Shown in pieces: positions 28,713 to 40,700 of a stretch of 64,000 nucleotides of DNA. Both the position numbers and the translations under genes were made by a program. A model generated the notes under the pieces. That model ran no database searches. It was given only the letters and a program-made list of their open reading frames with translations, and was not told where the DNA came from. How positions within the stretch are numbered: position 1 is the first letter of the stretch; each line of letters starts with the position of its first letter. The stretch is from Promethearchaeota archaeon (GTDB lineage: Archaea; Asgardarchaeota; Lokiarchaeia; Sigyniarchaeales; SOKP01): contig JAHPZE010000013.1 in the NCBI GenBank assembly GCA_019058365.1, forward strand, positions 32,001 to 96,000, written 5' to 3'.

Positions 28713-29810
28713 ATGAGAATTGCTCATTTAGCTGATACACATTTAGGATATAAACAATATAATCTTGATGAAAGAGAACAAGATATCTATGATGCATTTA
28801 ATCAAGCTATTGATAAAGCAATTGAAGAACGTGCAGATGTAATTATTCATTCAGGAGACCTTTTCGAAAGAAGCCATCCTCCAATAAAAGCATTATTGAC
28901 CTTAAAGGATGCTCTAAAAAAGATTAGGGGCAAAATTAAATTTCTATCTGTATTAGGAGAACATGATATTCCTAAGAGAAAAGCAATAATACCACATAAA
29001 TTGTTTGATATTCACCTTCTTGGAGCAAATTATAAGCTAGAAACGACAAAAATAGATAATGTATTATTTGCTGGAATATCAAATCTTAAAGGTAGATATG
29101 TTGGAACGTTAAAAGAAGAGATAAAAAGATTTGATAAAATTGCTGAAGACTATAAACACTCAGTATTAATTTTACATCAAGCGATAAAAAAATATTTGCC
29201 ATTCGAAGGTGCTTACCAATTAACATTAGATGAGCTCCCAAGAAAAGCTAGTTATTATGCATTAGGTCATATACATGCTAAAAATGAATTAAAGTTTGGA
29301 AATGGGCTATTAGTTTATTCTGGTTCTACAGAGATTATGAGTAAAGATGAGATCTCTTCTTGGAAGAACAAGGGGAAAGGTTTTTATCTTGTTGATTTAG
29401 AAAGTGATGATATCAATTATGAATTTATTCCTCTCGATATTAGACCTCAAGTCTCTATTGAATTAAATGTTGCTAATATCGAAAAAATCCTTGATTCTCT
29501 AATTTTTGATAAAAAACCCTTGTTACATTTAAAAATATTTGGAGAAAAAATAGAAAAAAGTTATGTTCAAGAACAAATAGAGAGAATTGTAAGAGATAAA
29601 GTAATTTTTCATCGTATTCTATTTCGAGAAGCAGGAATAAAGGAGGTTAAAATACCTCAAGATGCAATAAATCTCTTATCAATATTTAAAGAATATTTTG
29701 AAAAAGAAGAAATTGGTGAATTTACTAAAAATCTTTATGATATTTTATCCGAACGTGATATAAATTCTGCGATAAGTCTCGCTAAAAATTTTATGGAGGA
29801 GTATGACTAA
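28713..29810 (+). CDS. mre11: Mre11 nuclease
   Basis: HLADTHLG, GDLF, GEHD (GNHD variant), LHQ, GHIH, YSGS. Confidence 0.93.
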   Translation: MRIAHLADTHLGYKQYNLDEREQDIYDAFNQAIDKAIEERADVIIHSGDLFERSHPPIKALLTLKDALKKIRGKIKFLSVLGEHDIPKRKAIIPHKLFDIHLLGANYKLETTKIDNVLFAGISNLKGRYVGTLKEEIKRFDKIAEDYKHSVLILHQAIKKYLPFEGAYQLTLDELPRKASYYALGHIHAKNELKFGNGLLVYSGSTEIMSKDEISSWKNKGKGFYLVDLESDDINYEFIPLDIRPQVSIELNVANIEKILDSLIFDKKPLLHLKIFGEKIEKSYVQEQIERIVRDKVIFHRILFREAGIKEVKIPQDAINLLSIFKEYFEKEEIGEFTKNLYDILSERDINSAISLAKNFMEEYD

Positions 29811-32505
29811 AAAGATGATAATTAAATCAATTAAAATGGAAAACTTTATCTCACACCAAAAAACTGAATTCCCTTTCCCTGTGGGGGTATTAGTAATAGT
29901 CGGAGAAAATGGTTCAGGAAAATCTTCTATTATTGATGCTATCTTCTATTCTTTGTGCGGCGTACAAGTTAGGGGTGATAATGTTGATGATTTAATAAGG
30001 GAAGGAACGAAGAAGGCAAAAGTCAATTTGCTATTTGAGCATAATGGTATTGCATATGAAATTGAGAGAGTACGTGAAAAAGATGTCAATCCATATGCTT
30101 TATTGAAAAAGGATGGAAGTATAACAGCAAGAAAGCAAACTCCTGTAAGTGAAGAAATTGCAAGGATTTTAGGCATGGATAAAGAAGCAATAATTAATTC
30201 AGTTTTTATTCGACAGGGAGAAATAACAAAATTAATTGATGGTACGCCTAGTGAAAGAAAAAAAACTATTGCTAAATTAATTGGCATTGAAAAATTAGAG
30301 AAATGTTATGATAAAATGAGAAATGTCATAGATTACTTCGATAATCAATTGAATGATTTTGATATAATTAATACAAAATTACAAGGAGAGCAAGAATCTA
30401 AAACCGAGTTAGATTCAGAAATTGAGGAACTTACAGGAGATATTAATAAAATAAAAAAAGATGTCATAATTGCTGAAGACATTTTTAAAAAAACAGAGGA
30501 TAAAAAGAAACTTTGGGAAAACAAGCGAAAAGAACATCAGGAACTGAAAAGTAAGAAAACAAAGAAAGGGGAACAGATCTCGTCTACTAATGAGAAAGTT
30601 AATAATCTAACTACTCAAGTCAATGATGCTAAAAAAGCTCGGGAAAGAGTTACTGAATTAGAACCTCAAATAAGGAATATTGAAATATTAGAGAAATATA
30701 TAGAAAACTTTAGGAATAAAAAAATTACTACCGAAACTCTTGAACGATTGAATAAAGAATTTGAAAAGGTAAATCAATGGATAACAATTTTAAGTATTAA
30801 TAAAGACAAATTTAAAGAATTTAATGAAATTAGTGAGAGTTTAAGCCAAAAAGAAGATGAAATAGAGAACTTGAGAAAAATTGAAAAGGAGTATATTGAA
30901 CTGAAAAAAGATATTGAAAACACTCAAAAAAAATTAACTGAATACAAGGATGAGATTGAAAATATTAATGAAAAAGCATTGAAAGTTTTACCCAGAGCAG
31001 AGAAAAAAGAAAAAGACAAAAAAATGAAAGAACTAAATAGTAAATTAAAAGAATTAGAAGGAAATATATCAAATATAATAAGTTCTAATGGAGCTATTAA
31101 AGGTAGAATTAAAGAAATTGACAATTATTTATTAAAATTTCAAGATAGCGATGAGTGCCCTGTATGCTCAAGTGAACTATCACCTAACCATAAACAGAAA
31201 GTTATAACGGATTTTAAAAGAGAGAAAAGTGGTAAAACAAAAGAAATCGAAGAGAATAGGGAAAATATCTCCTCTTTAGGAAAGGAGCAAAATCAATTCA
31301 GAGATCAACTTGATAACATAAAAAGTTTAGATTTAGATAAATATAAAGAGTTAAAAGAAAAATTTGAAAATCTGGAAACTCAGTTAAAAGAGTTTGAGAT
31401 AAATAGACAAGAGAAGGGAAGAGCAACAGAAAAATTGAGACTATTGGAAGATCAAAGCAAAATTGAAAAAAAAAGCGTTGAAGAATTAAAACCAAGATAT
31501 AATGATTATATTGCAGCAGAAAAAGCATTGGAAAATGAGAGAGAGATAAAGGAAATACAAAATGAGATCAATGAATTTAATACTAAATTAACTAAGATTA
31601 TGGAAGTTGATTCAAAATTAGCTAATCAATTAAAGAAAATTCCTGAGAAACCTGAAGAAGAACTTAATCAACTTAGAAAATTAAAAGAGGAATATATTGT
31701 TGCTAAAGGTGAAAGTCAGAAATTAGAGAAATTTCAAAAAGATTTAATCAATACAGAAAAAATTTTGAATGATTTTATCTCTGAATCAAAAAAAATTGAT
31801 TCTGAAATTAATTCTTTAGGATATAACGAAGAACTATATGAACAAGTTCTAAAAAAGAACAATGAAGCAAGTAGTACCTTAGAAAAGCTAAAAAATAGTG
31901 TGAATCTAAAAATCATTGAATTAGATAAAAAAAACCAAAAATTAAATGAACTTAAACAAAAAATTAACGATCTACTTAAACAAATGAAATCTTTTGAAAA
32001 AATTAGAAATTTTAAATTAGTCTTAGGAAAAATAAGAGATGCGTTTTCTAAAGAAGGATTACAAAAAACTATAAGAAAAAAATTTGCCCCAAAGATAACA
32101 AATTTTGCAAAAGACTACTTAGAATCATTCAACATTAATATTTCAGACATTTCCATTAATGAAGATTTGGATATTTCAATCTTAGGGCGAAGCGGTGTAC
32201 TTTCTATTAATTCGATAAGCGGTGGTGAAAAAGTTGCTGTTGCTATTATCTTAAGACTTGCTATAGCTAGAATTTTATCGAGCCAGATATCTACAATAAT
32301 CATGGATGAACCAACGACTCATCTTGATTCGCTAAGAAGAAAAGAGTTAGTTGAAGCAATGAAAAGTTTCAAAAAAGAAAGTCATACAATTCCTCAGTTA
32401 ATAATTGTTACACACCATCAAGAACTTGAAGAATTAGCTGATACTCTATTTAAAGTAGATATAAAAGAAGGTGTCTCAAAGGTGGAAGAACTTACATATA
32501 TATAA
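29803..32505 (+). CDS. rad50: Rad50 ABC ATPase
   Basis: GENGSGKSS, Q-loop FIRQGE, long coiled coils, zinc hook CPVC, SGGE signature, IMDEPT, VTHH. Confidence 0.95.
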   Translation: MTKKMIIKSIKMENFISHQKTEFPFPVGVLVIVGENGSGKSSIIDAIFYSLCGVQVRGDNVDDLIREGTKKAKVNLLFEHNGIAYEIERVREKDVNPYALLKKDGSITARKQTPVSEEIARILGMDKEAIINSVFIRQGEITKLIDGTPSERKKTIAKLIGIEKLEKCYDKMRNVIDYFDNQLNDFDIINTKLQGEQESKTELDSEIEELTGDINKIKKDVIIAEDIFKKTEDKKKLWENKRKEHQELKSKKTKKGEQISSTNEKVNNLTTQVNDAKKARERVTELEPQIRNIEILEKYIENFRNKKITTETLERLNKEFEKVNQWITILSINKDKFKEFNEISESLSQKEDEIENLRKIEKEYIELKKDIENTQKKLTEYKDEIENINEKALKVLPRAEKKEKDKKMKELNSKLKELEGNISNIISSNGAIKGRIKEIDNYLLKFQDSDECPVCSSELSPNHKQKVITDFKREKSGKTKEIEENRENISSLGKEQNQFRDQLDNIKSLDLDKYKELKEKFENLETQLKEFEINRQEKGRATEKLRLLEDQSKIEKKSVEELKPRYNDYIAAEKALENEREIKEIQNEINEFNTKLTKIMEVDSKLANQLKKIPEKPEEELNQLRKLKEEYIVAKGESQKLEKFQKDLINTEKILNDFISESKKIDSEINSLGYNEELYEQVLKKNNEASSTLEKLKNSVNLKIIELDKKNQKLNELKQKINDLLKQMKSFEKIRNFKLVLGKIRDAFSKEGLQKTIRKKFAPKITNFAKDYLESFNINISDISINEDLDISILGRSGVLSINSISGGEKVAVAIILRLAIARILSSQISTIIMDEPTTHLDSLRRKELVEAMKSFKKESHTIPQLIIVTHHQELEELADTLFKVDIKEGVSKVEELTYI

Positions 32506-32763
32506 AATTTGAGGGGAAGGGCAAAAATTAAAAATTCAAGTTTGAATAAAATTAATAGGAACTTATCAAAATAACGATAAAAAAAGAAATTAGGAAAAAA
32601 GATTTTGGGAGAAATGTAGTTTTAACCTTGAATTTAAAATTAAAAATTAATAAATTTCATTTTTATTATATACTGAGTTCAAAGTATGTTATATGTTTAA
32701 TAAAAAAGATATAAATTAACCAAGAATTAGAATAATTAATTAATTTAGACAAAAACTGATAAA

Positions 32764-33543
32764 ATGAAGCAATTTGATACTCAAATCACCAGAGCACTAT
32801 CATTGATACCTGAAACAAAGAAAGTATTAATTAGACTGGCTAATGGTAAATCCATTCAAGAAATAAAGGACTTGATACTTAAAGACAATCTATTAGCAAA
32901 AAATACAGATAGTACACGTAAGAAAATATGGTATGCATTAAAATCAAGATTCCTAGAAAATTCAGAGGTTGATTTAAAATCTTTAAAAAAGATTGTAAAC
33001 TCAAAACTCCTTCCCTCTATCAAAGATTTGATAATTTATTATTATTTTTGTAAATATGAATATATAGTATATGAATTAGTTACTGAACCTATATTTAATC
33101 AATATAAAATGGGTTTTAAGGAAGTGGATAAAGAAAAAATAATCGAGTATTTTGAATCAGTATCAAATACATCTCATCCAGAAATAAACAATTGGACAGA
33201 GGAGACAAGAGCACGTTTAATTAGACATACTTTAGCAATCCTAAAAGATTTTAAAATCTTAAAGGGAAGTAGAAAGAAAGAGTTTTATGAATTTTTTGTT
33301 CCCTTAGAAGTTGTGTTATATATTTTGTTTTATTTGAAGATAAAGGGTAATCCTTTAAATAGAATAATAAATCATAAAGATTTCAACTTATTACTTCTTG
33401 AAAAAGAAGAGATCATAGAATATTTGCACGAAGCTTCAAAAAAGGGTTATCTTATCTTCAATCAATCTGGTAATATTTATGAATTAAAAACAGAAATTAA
33501 CTCTCTGGAGGATTTAGTAAATGAGTTTAAGAGAAAAATTTAA
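32764..33543 (+). CDS. brxA: BREX protein BrxA (DUF1819)
   Basis: NLLAKNTDSTRKK, WTEETRARL...LKDFKIL; first gene of the BREX cluster. Confidence 0.8.
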   Translation: MKQFDTQITRALSLIPETKKVLIRLANGKSIQEIKDLILKDNLLAKNTDSTRKKIWYALKSRFLENSEVDLKSLKKIVNSKLLPSIKDLIIYYYFCKYEYIVYELVTEPIFNQYKMGFKEVDKEKIIEYFESVSNTSHPEINNWTEETRARLIRHTLAILKDFKILKGSRKKEFYEFFVPLEVVLYILFYLKIKGNPLNRIINHKDFNLLLLEKEEIIEYLHEASKKGYLIFNQSGNIYELKTEINSLEDLVNEFKRKI

Positions 33544-34060
33544 AAATTTAGAGAATATGATTACTCAACGAATCCATCTAATTAATCAATTTTCAGGAAT
33601 TCCTTTTGTAATTCTAATATATGATCCTCAAGATCAAAAGGAATGTTACGAATATATCGAGGATTTAGAGAAAAATTTAAAAAAGAATGGAAAAAAGATC
33701 TTAAAAATTCCAATTGGAGATTTTGTTTTTAATTATTTCGAAGAAAAAAATCAAATAGGGGAAATGATTGAATTTGATAAAAAAGAACCAGAATTAGTCC
33801 GCCAAGAACTCTCTAATGTGTGTGAAAGATATTTTAATGATCATATTCATTCAAAATTAGAAAAAAATAATCCAGATATAATTTTTTTTACTAATGTTGG
33901 AGGACTATACCCATATAGTAGACTTTCAAATATTTTAAAGAATCTTGAAAAAATTAAAATTCCCATTATTGCATTTTACCCTGGTACAATAATTAATGAT
34001 GAATTATACTTTCTTAATAAGTTTAAAAGTGATGATTATTATAGAGCTTTTAGGATATAA
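33521..34060 (+). CDS. brxB: BREX protein BrxB (DUF1788)
   Basis: ILIYDP, VGGLYPYSRLSNIL, AFYPG, DDYYRAFRI. Confidence 0.9.
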   Translation: MSLREKFKNLENMITQRIHLINQFSGIPFVILIYDPQDQKECYEYIEDLEKNLKKNGKKILKIPIGDFVFNYFEEKNQIGEMIEFDKKEPELVRQELSNVCERYFNDHIHSKLEKNNPDIIFFTNVGGLYPYSRLSNILKNLEKIKIPIIAFYPGTIINDELYFLNKFKSDDYYRAFRI

Positions 34061-34083
34061 AAATCAAAGGGTGTTTAGAAGAA

Positions 34084-37000
34084 ATGAAAATTAAAGATAT
34101 TTTTATCAATGAAATAACGCGTGAAATAACAAGTGTTGTAAATGTAGATGATATTGAATTTTTTGGTCAAGAAATTGAGGAATATGTAGTCACTGAACAA
34201 TTAGACAAATATTTTCTAAAGGTTTTTGAGGATTATGCTAATTCCGCTAGGATAAAAACTGAAAAAATAGGTGTTTGGATTTCAGGATTTTTCGGAAGCG
34301 GAAAATCTCACTTTGCTAAAATGTTAGGACATTTATTAAAAAATGATAATATAAAAACAACTACCGGTGTTATGAAGAATTCTCATGAACTTTTTAGAGA
34401 TAGGTTAATAGGCTGCGCTTATGAAAATGATATAAACAGAAGTCTATTTGAAATTGACAAAAATATTGATTCTCATGTGATTATGTTTCAGATACAATCC
34501 GAATCTGACCAATTAAGTAAAAAGAGCATAACAAAAACAATGTATCAAATGTTTTTAAAATATCAAAATCTCTGTGAACACTTACAGATAGCAGAATTAG
34601 AACTTGAACTCATTTTAAATGATAAATTTAATGAATTTAAAGAAATAATTAGACAAGATGAGAAAAAAGAATGGGAAGAAGTAAGGCAATCATTATTATT
34701 TTCAAAGAGACCAATTAAAAAAGCATTATACAAACTAACAGATTACGATTTCTCTTCTGAAGAAAATGCTGAAATGTGGTATAACAAATTAATAGATAGT
34801 TTTGAACTAAGTCCTACAAAATTTACAGAGAGATTATTGAATTTTCTTAATGCTAGCAAATCAGAAAAAATATCTGATCACTTTATCTTCATTATAGATG
34901 AGATAGGTCAATTTATAGGAGATTCGAATGATTTACTTTTAGAGTTACAATCAATAGCAGAACAATTTGCAATTCAAGGAAAAGGAAGGTTATGGCTAGT
35001 AGTCACTGCTCAAGAAAAATTAGATGAAATTATTGAAGGTGTGAAGGGTCAAGAGAATCAATTTGCTAAAATTAAAGATCGATTTTATCTACCAACTAAT
35101 CTAACTTCAGAAAATATTAAAAAAGTGTTAGAAGAAAGAATTTTAAAGAAAAAAAGTAGTGCTGAAAAAGAATTAAGAAAATTATTTATAAATTTCCAAG
35201 GAATTATATCATTCATTTCAAGTTTTCAATCTAATAGAGCAATACCAGAAATAACAGAAAGTAATTTTATTAAAGATTATCCATTTTTATCATACCAGAT
35301 AGAAATCATTCAAAGTATTTTTGCTAATATACGAAAAGAAGCAGGTCATACTAGAAAAATCACAGGGACAGAGAGAAGCATGATAAATGTTTCACAGAGT
35401 ATATTTAGAGATGAGAATATTAGAATGGGTGATTCTGAATTAAACCGATTAATTACTTTCAATAACATTTATGATCAAATAATTTCAGAAATAAATTCTG
35501 AAACTGTAAGAGATATCTCTCAAGCATCAGATTTAAAAATTCATGATCAAGATGACGATAAAATATGTTTAAAAGCTTTAAAATGTATTTATCTACTACA
35601 ACAATTAGATTATGTCCCTAATACATTCGAGAATATTATAAGAGTTCTTATTAATGATTTAACTATTAAAAAAACTAATTTTGAAAATAAAGTAAAAAAT
35701 GCTTTAGATGAGCTCATTAGAGCAACATTTATTGTTGAGGATAATGGAGTTTATCGTTATTTATCAAGGGTTGAAAAAAATATTGAAGAAGATATTTCTA
35801 GTACGCAGGTAAAATCCAGAGAAATAACTTTATTAGCTAGAGAACTTCTTAAAGAGATTTTTAAAAATAAAAATAAAATAAACTATAAGAAAATAACATA
35901 TTTCGATTTAAAAATAGATCTAGATGAGGAAAATTTTACATCTAAAGGTGATATTCTGTTAAAAATTCACTCTCCAATCTATTTAGAATTTGGGCTTATT
36001 AAAAAAGATGATATCGTCACTGAAAGCCTTAATCCCAAAAATAAAAATATATTATTCTGGCTTCCGAATGAAACTAATAAATATAAAAATGATTTAGAGA
36101 AAATAATAAAAACAAATAAAGTAATTGAGCAAAGAAAAAGAAATCCACAAAAAAGTAAAGAAGAGAATGAAATTTTAAGAGAAAAAGAAGTTTCAATAAA
36201 AACTTTTCAACAACGAGTCATTAAAAACTTTGAGGATAGTTTGAAGACAGGTTTTTTAATTTATGATTCAAATGTTGAAGATTTGATTGAAAAAAGTATT
36301 TCAATAGATAAAGTTCTTGAAGAACAAATATGTGAAAATATACCATATATTTATTCTAAATTTGAAAAGTACAGTGTGACTGAATCCAATATCAATAAAT
36401 TATTAAAGGAAAATAATACTAAATTAAAAGATATTGAACCTGATTTAAAAATCTTTGATGGGGATGGACGTTTATTGGTAGATAATAAATTAGTAAAAGA
36501 AGTTTTTGATAGAATTAAAGAAGAAAACCAAATTGGGAATCCAATCAGTGGAAAAGACATCTTAAACTATTTTACCGGAATTCCATATGGATGGGAAAAA
36601 AACCTAATAAGATTTTTAGTTCTTGCTTTATTTCGAAATGTTAATATCTTCATTAACTATAATTCCAAAAACATCTATGACTTTAAAAAATCAATTGAAG
36701 GGAATGTTTTTACTAATTCAAGAAATTTTAATAAATCTCTATTGAAATATGAAAAAGGAGAAGATATAACTCTTAATGATAGAAGAAATATCAAAAAATC
36801 ATTGAAAGATATTTTTGACTATTCCACTGAAGATAATATACTTAAGCTTAGTGATGGCATTGATACTTGTTTAAATAATCTAATTAATGAAAATAATAAT
36901 CAAAAAATAATCTTTACTCAAAATGATTTAGCTTTAAAAGATTTTTTTTATATTATTGAGGAACTATATGAACCAATAATAAAGGCAGATAAATTTAATA

Positions 37001-37698
37001 AAAAATTTCAATTATATTTGGAAAAAGTTGAGGATTTGGATAAAATAGTAGATTATCATCAAAAAATTCAAAATTTCATTGATGCTAAAAGGATTTCTAA
37101 TTTCAAAATCTTTAAAAATATGCCTGAAACAATTAAAATTGAAGATGATGAAATTTCAACTAGAGAGAAATCAAATTTAGATCAATATAAAAAATTCTAT
37201 GATGAGCTTTTAAATATCATTAAAAATAAGGATATAATCGAAAAATTTCAGGATTTTAATGATATTCTCAAAAAAAGTATAGATATATTTGAAATTGTAT
37301 TTACTAAACTACATGAAAAACAATTTAACAAATATTCTGAAATTTTAGAAGATTTAAAACAATATGGAATACCAGATAAATATTTCAAGGAAATAGATAG
37401 AAATTATATTTGTAAAAACTTACAATTTCATCAAGAAAGTTTTATTTGTAAGAATTGTAAGAAAAAGTTAGAAAATATTGATGTAGCTATATTATCGGCA
37501 GAAAAGAAAAAAGAGAGCATAATAAAACAGTATAATGAAGATCAGGTCAAAGAACCAGAACGCGTCCCAATTCACCGACTGAAAATTAGTTCTAGAAACT
37601 TAAAAATACAGTCTATTGAGGAACTTAACAAAATCTTAGAAGAATTAAAGAAAGAGATTGAAGAACTAATAAATGAAGGGAAGAATGTAATATTATAA
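34084..37698 (+). CDS. brxC: BREX P-loop ATPase BrxC
   Basis: EIEEYVVT, GVWISGFFGSGKSHFAK, IIDEIGQFI, VTAQEKL, YPF, PYGW. Confidence 0.95.
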   Translation: MKIKDIFINEITREITSVVNVDDIEFFGQEIEEYVVTEQLDKYFLKVFEDYANSARIKTEKIGVWISGFFGSGKSHFAKMLGHLLKNDNIKTTTGVMKNSHELFRDRLIGCAYENDINRSLFEIDKNIDSHVIMFQIQSESDQLSKKSITKTMYQMFLKYQNLCEHLQIAELELELILNDKFNEFKEIIRQDEKKEWEEVRQSLLFSKRPIKKALYKLTDYDFSSEENAEMWYNKLIDSFELSPTKFTERLLNFLNASKSEKISDHFIFIIDEIGQFIGDSNDLLLELQSIAEQFAIQGKGRLWLVVTAQEKLDEIIEGVKGQENQFAKIKDRFYLPTNLTSENIKKVLEERILKKKSSAEKELRKLFINFQGIISFISSFQSNRAIPEITESNFIKDYPFLSYQIEIIQSIFANIRKEAGHTRKITGTERSMINVSQSIFRDENIRMGDSELNRLITFNNIYDQIISEINSETVRDISQASDLKIHDQDDDKICLKALKCIYLLQQLDYVPNTFENIIRVLINDLTIKKTNFENKVKNALDELIRATFIVEDNGVYRYLSRVEKNIEEDISSTQVKSREITLLARELLKEIFKNKNKINYKKITYFDLKIDLDEENFTSKGDILLKIHSPIYLEFGLIKKDDIVTESLNPKNKNILFWLPNETNKYKNDLEKIIKTNKVIEQRKRNPQKSKEENEILREKEVSIKTFQQRVIKNFEDSLKTGFLIYDSNVEDLIEKSISIDKVLEEQICENIPYIYSKFEKYSVTESNINKLLKENNTKLKDIEPDLKIFDGDGRLLVDNKLVKEVFDRIKEENQIGNPISGKDILNYFTGIPYGWEKNLIRFLVLALFRNVNIFINYNSKNIYDFKKSIEGNVFTNSRNFNKSLLKYEKGEDITLNDRRNIKKSLKDIFDYSTEDNILKLSDGIDTCLNNLINENNNQKIIFTQNDLALKDFFYIIEELYEPIIKADKFNKKFQLYLEKVEDLDKIVDYHQKIQNFIDAKRISNFKIFKNMPETIKIEDDEISTREKSNLDQYKKFYDELLNIIKNKDIIEKFQDFNDILKKSIDIFEIVFTKLHEKQFNKYSEILEDLKQYGIPDKYFKEIDRNYICKNLQFHQESFICKNCKKKLENIDVAILSAEKKKESIIKQYNEDQVKEPERVPIHRLKISSRNLKIQSIEELNKILEELKKEIEELINEGKNVIL

Positions 37699-37708
37699 GA
37701 GGGGTTAA

Positions 37709-40700
37709 ATGGATTCTGAACAAAAAAGATTAATAAACAGTCTAATTTTAGAATTGAGAACATTAATGGAAGAAGAATTAGAACTCGTTCTAAGACATTA
37801 TGGAATCTTTTTAAATCGAAAATGGCTTGGTATAGAACAATTAGACTTTCTATCTGATGAAGAAAAGGAAATTAAAAAGAAGTTAGAAATTTATATTAAA
37901 AGAAAGGAAAAAATTGGATTAAAGATCGAAGAATCTACTAAAGAATTTATTACTGAAGCAACTTATCATTGGTTAAACCGTATTTTTGGGTTAAAATGCT
38001 TAGAATCAAGAGATCTAATTGAAGAAATAATAATGACCAATTCTGATTATGGTGGTAAAAGTTATGTCCATAGAAATTTTTTAGAAAATCATCCTGAATT
38101 TAAAAAAAGTGAAGATGAAGGTTTCTTTCAATGTCTTTTTGAAATTCTTAATGAATTAACTGAAGAGATCCAAATTATTTTTGACCCAAAAGATATCCAT
38201 ATGTTAATCAAACCCAGAATTACAATTTTAAAAGAAATAATTAAAAAAATTAATAGTTTAGATAATAAAATTTATCAAAATGATGAATTTTTAGGATGGA
38301 TGTATCAGTATTTTAACGATAATGAAAGAGAAAGAATTTATAGTGGATTAAAAAAAAATAAAAATAAAATTCAAGAATCAGATATTATTCCCCTAACACA
38401 ATTATATACAGAAGATTATATGATTAGATTTCTTGCACAGAATTCTCTTGGTTCAATGTGGGTAGAAATGCATCCAAAAACTCAATTACATAGAAATTGG
38501 GATTATTATGTTGAATCGCTAATAAAAGAGAGAAGAGAAGTTAAAAATTTAAATAAGATTCAAATTCTAGATCCTGCATGTGGATCAGGACATTTTCTTA
38601 TTTACTTATTTGATATGTTGTATGAAATGTATTTGGAGGAAGGTAAGACTGCTGTTAAAGACATTGCTAAAGAGATTATAGAAAAGAATTTACATGGTAT
38701 TGATATCGATACACGCGCAATACAAATTACAGCTTTAATTCTCTATATTAAATTTAAAGAAAAATCCGTAGATGATAAATCTAAAATACCTCGTTTTAAC
38801 TTATTTACTACAGATATAATCTCATATAAAACAGAAATTTTAAATGAATTTATAAATGAATTTGAGCAAAGCAAAACATTAAAAAAAATTATTGTAACTA
38901 TTTGGTCAAACTTACAAGATATAAGAAAAACGGGGAGTTTGTCTAAAATTGATCAAATTATAAAGAAGTTAATAAACGAAGAGGTAGAACAAAATCGAGA
39001 AGGAATACTACGATTTGCAGAAGATAATTCAACAAATTGGGAATTATTAAAAAAAGAGATCTTAACCCAATTATCAATTTTTTTACAAAATGCTACAAAA
39101 ACTTTTAATGTAAATAAAGAACTATTTGCTCAAGAGGAAGAAAAAGGTATATGGTTAATTGATGCATTTCAAAAAAAATATGATATTGTTATTACAAATC
39201 CGCCCTATTTAAATACACGTAATCTAAAAGTGGATTTAAAATCTTTATTTAAAAAAGCCTACCCGTCAAGCCACTTAGATTATTGTATGATGTTTTTGGA
39301 AAAGGCATTATCTTTCTTGAAGAAAAATGGTTATGCTGCTTTAGTCGCAATGCAAAGCTTTATGTTTCTAAGTTCCTATACAAAATTACGAGCTAAATTT
39401 CTTGATGAAGCTAATATTAAAAAAGTAATTCATCTAGGTAAACGAGCTTTTTCTGATAATACAGGTGCAGTATTACAAACAATTCTAATAATTTTTAAAA
39501 AAATAGATTTAAAAAAGGATAATATTTATGATAGCATTTTTTTTGATTTAACACAATTTGATAAAACATATGAAAAGATTGAGAATTTAGTAAATCTCAA
39601 TTATAGGTATCTAATTAATCAAGAGGTCTTTAAAAATATTCAAAACTTTCCTTTTGTTTATAATGTATCACGTTCAATCTTAGATATTTTTAATCGTAGT
39701 GATATATTTGGTAACATAGCTCCTCCGAAAACAGGAATATCAACCTCGGATAATGATCAGTTTTTAAGATATTGGTGGGAGGTTAATAAAGCAAAAATTG
39801 CTAAGTATGGAACGATAGAAAAAAAAAAGTGGCATTTTTATGCAAAAGGTGGTGTTTATAATAAATGGTATGGAAATTTATACTATGTGATCAATTGGGA
39901 AAATGATGGAAAAGAACTTAAAGAATTTGCATCTCATTATCCAAGAAATGAAGATTACTATTTTTTAGAAGGCATTACTTATACATTAGTCGGAGGAAAA
40001 TTTAATGCAAGACTTTTACCAAAGAATTGTCTTTTTGATTTAAATGGACCTTCTTCATTTCCAATGGAAAGTTATGATCTTTATTATCTTTTAGGTTATC
40101 TAAATTCCAGTTTGATTGGATATTTTTTAAATTTTTTAAATCCAACAATTGCTACTCCCATTGGTGATTTAAAAAGATTACCATATATTTCTCCGAATAA
40201 AAATTTTGAGAATAAAATATCAAATTTTGTTTCCGAAATCATAAGAATTAAAAAAGAATTGATTTCCTTCGACATAACTGAATGGGAGCATAAAAGAACA
40301 GCCATTGAATATGCAATAGATATAGTAAGCAAAGAAGTGAATCTTATAAAACTTTATAAGGTCTTCAAAAGATATAAGGAAAGTTTAATACTTAAAATTC
40401 TGATATTTGAGGCAGAGATTGAAAGAAATATTTTCAGTCTTTATGATATTAATAATAATGATCGGGAAAAAATTTTTATCGAAAATGGATTTATTCCTGG
40501 ATTATTGCCAATTTTACCAAATTTTGATAAGTTCCCTGAGAACTTAGAATTAGAAGAGCTTTTCTCAGAAATAATAAAAGAAGAAGTTGACTCTGATAGA
40601 CTTGATATTTTAGGCAATAAAATAAAAGAGTTGTATGAAAAAGAAAATCCTTCTCAAATTCTTGATCATTTATCCTATATTTCTTTACAATTAAATATTA

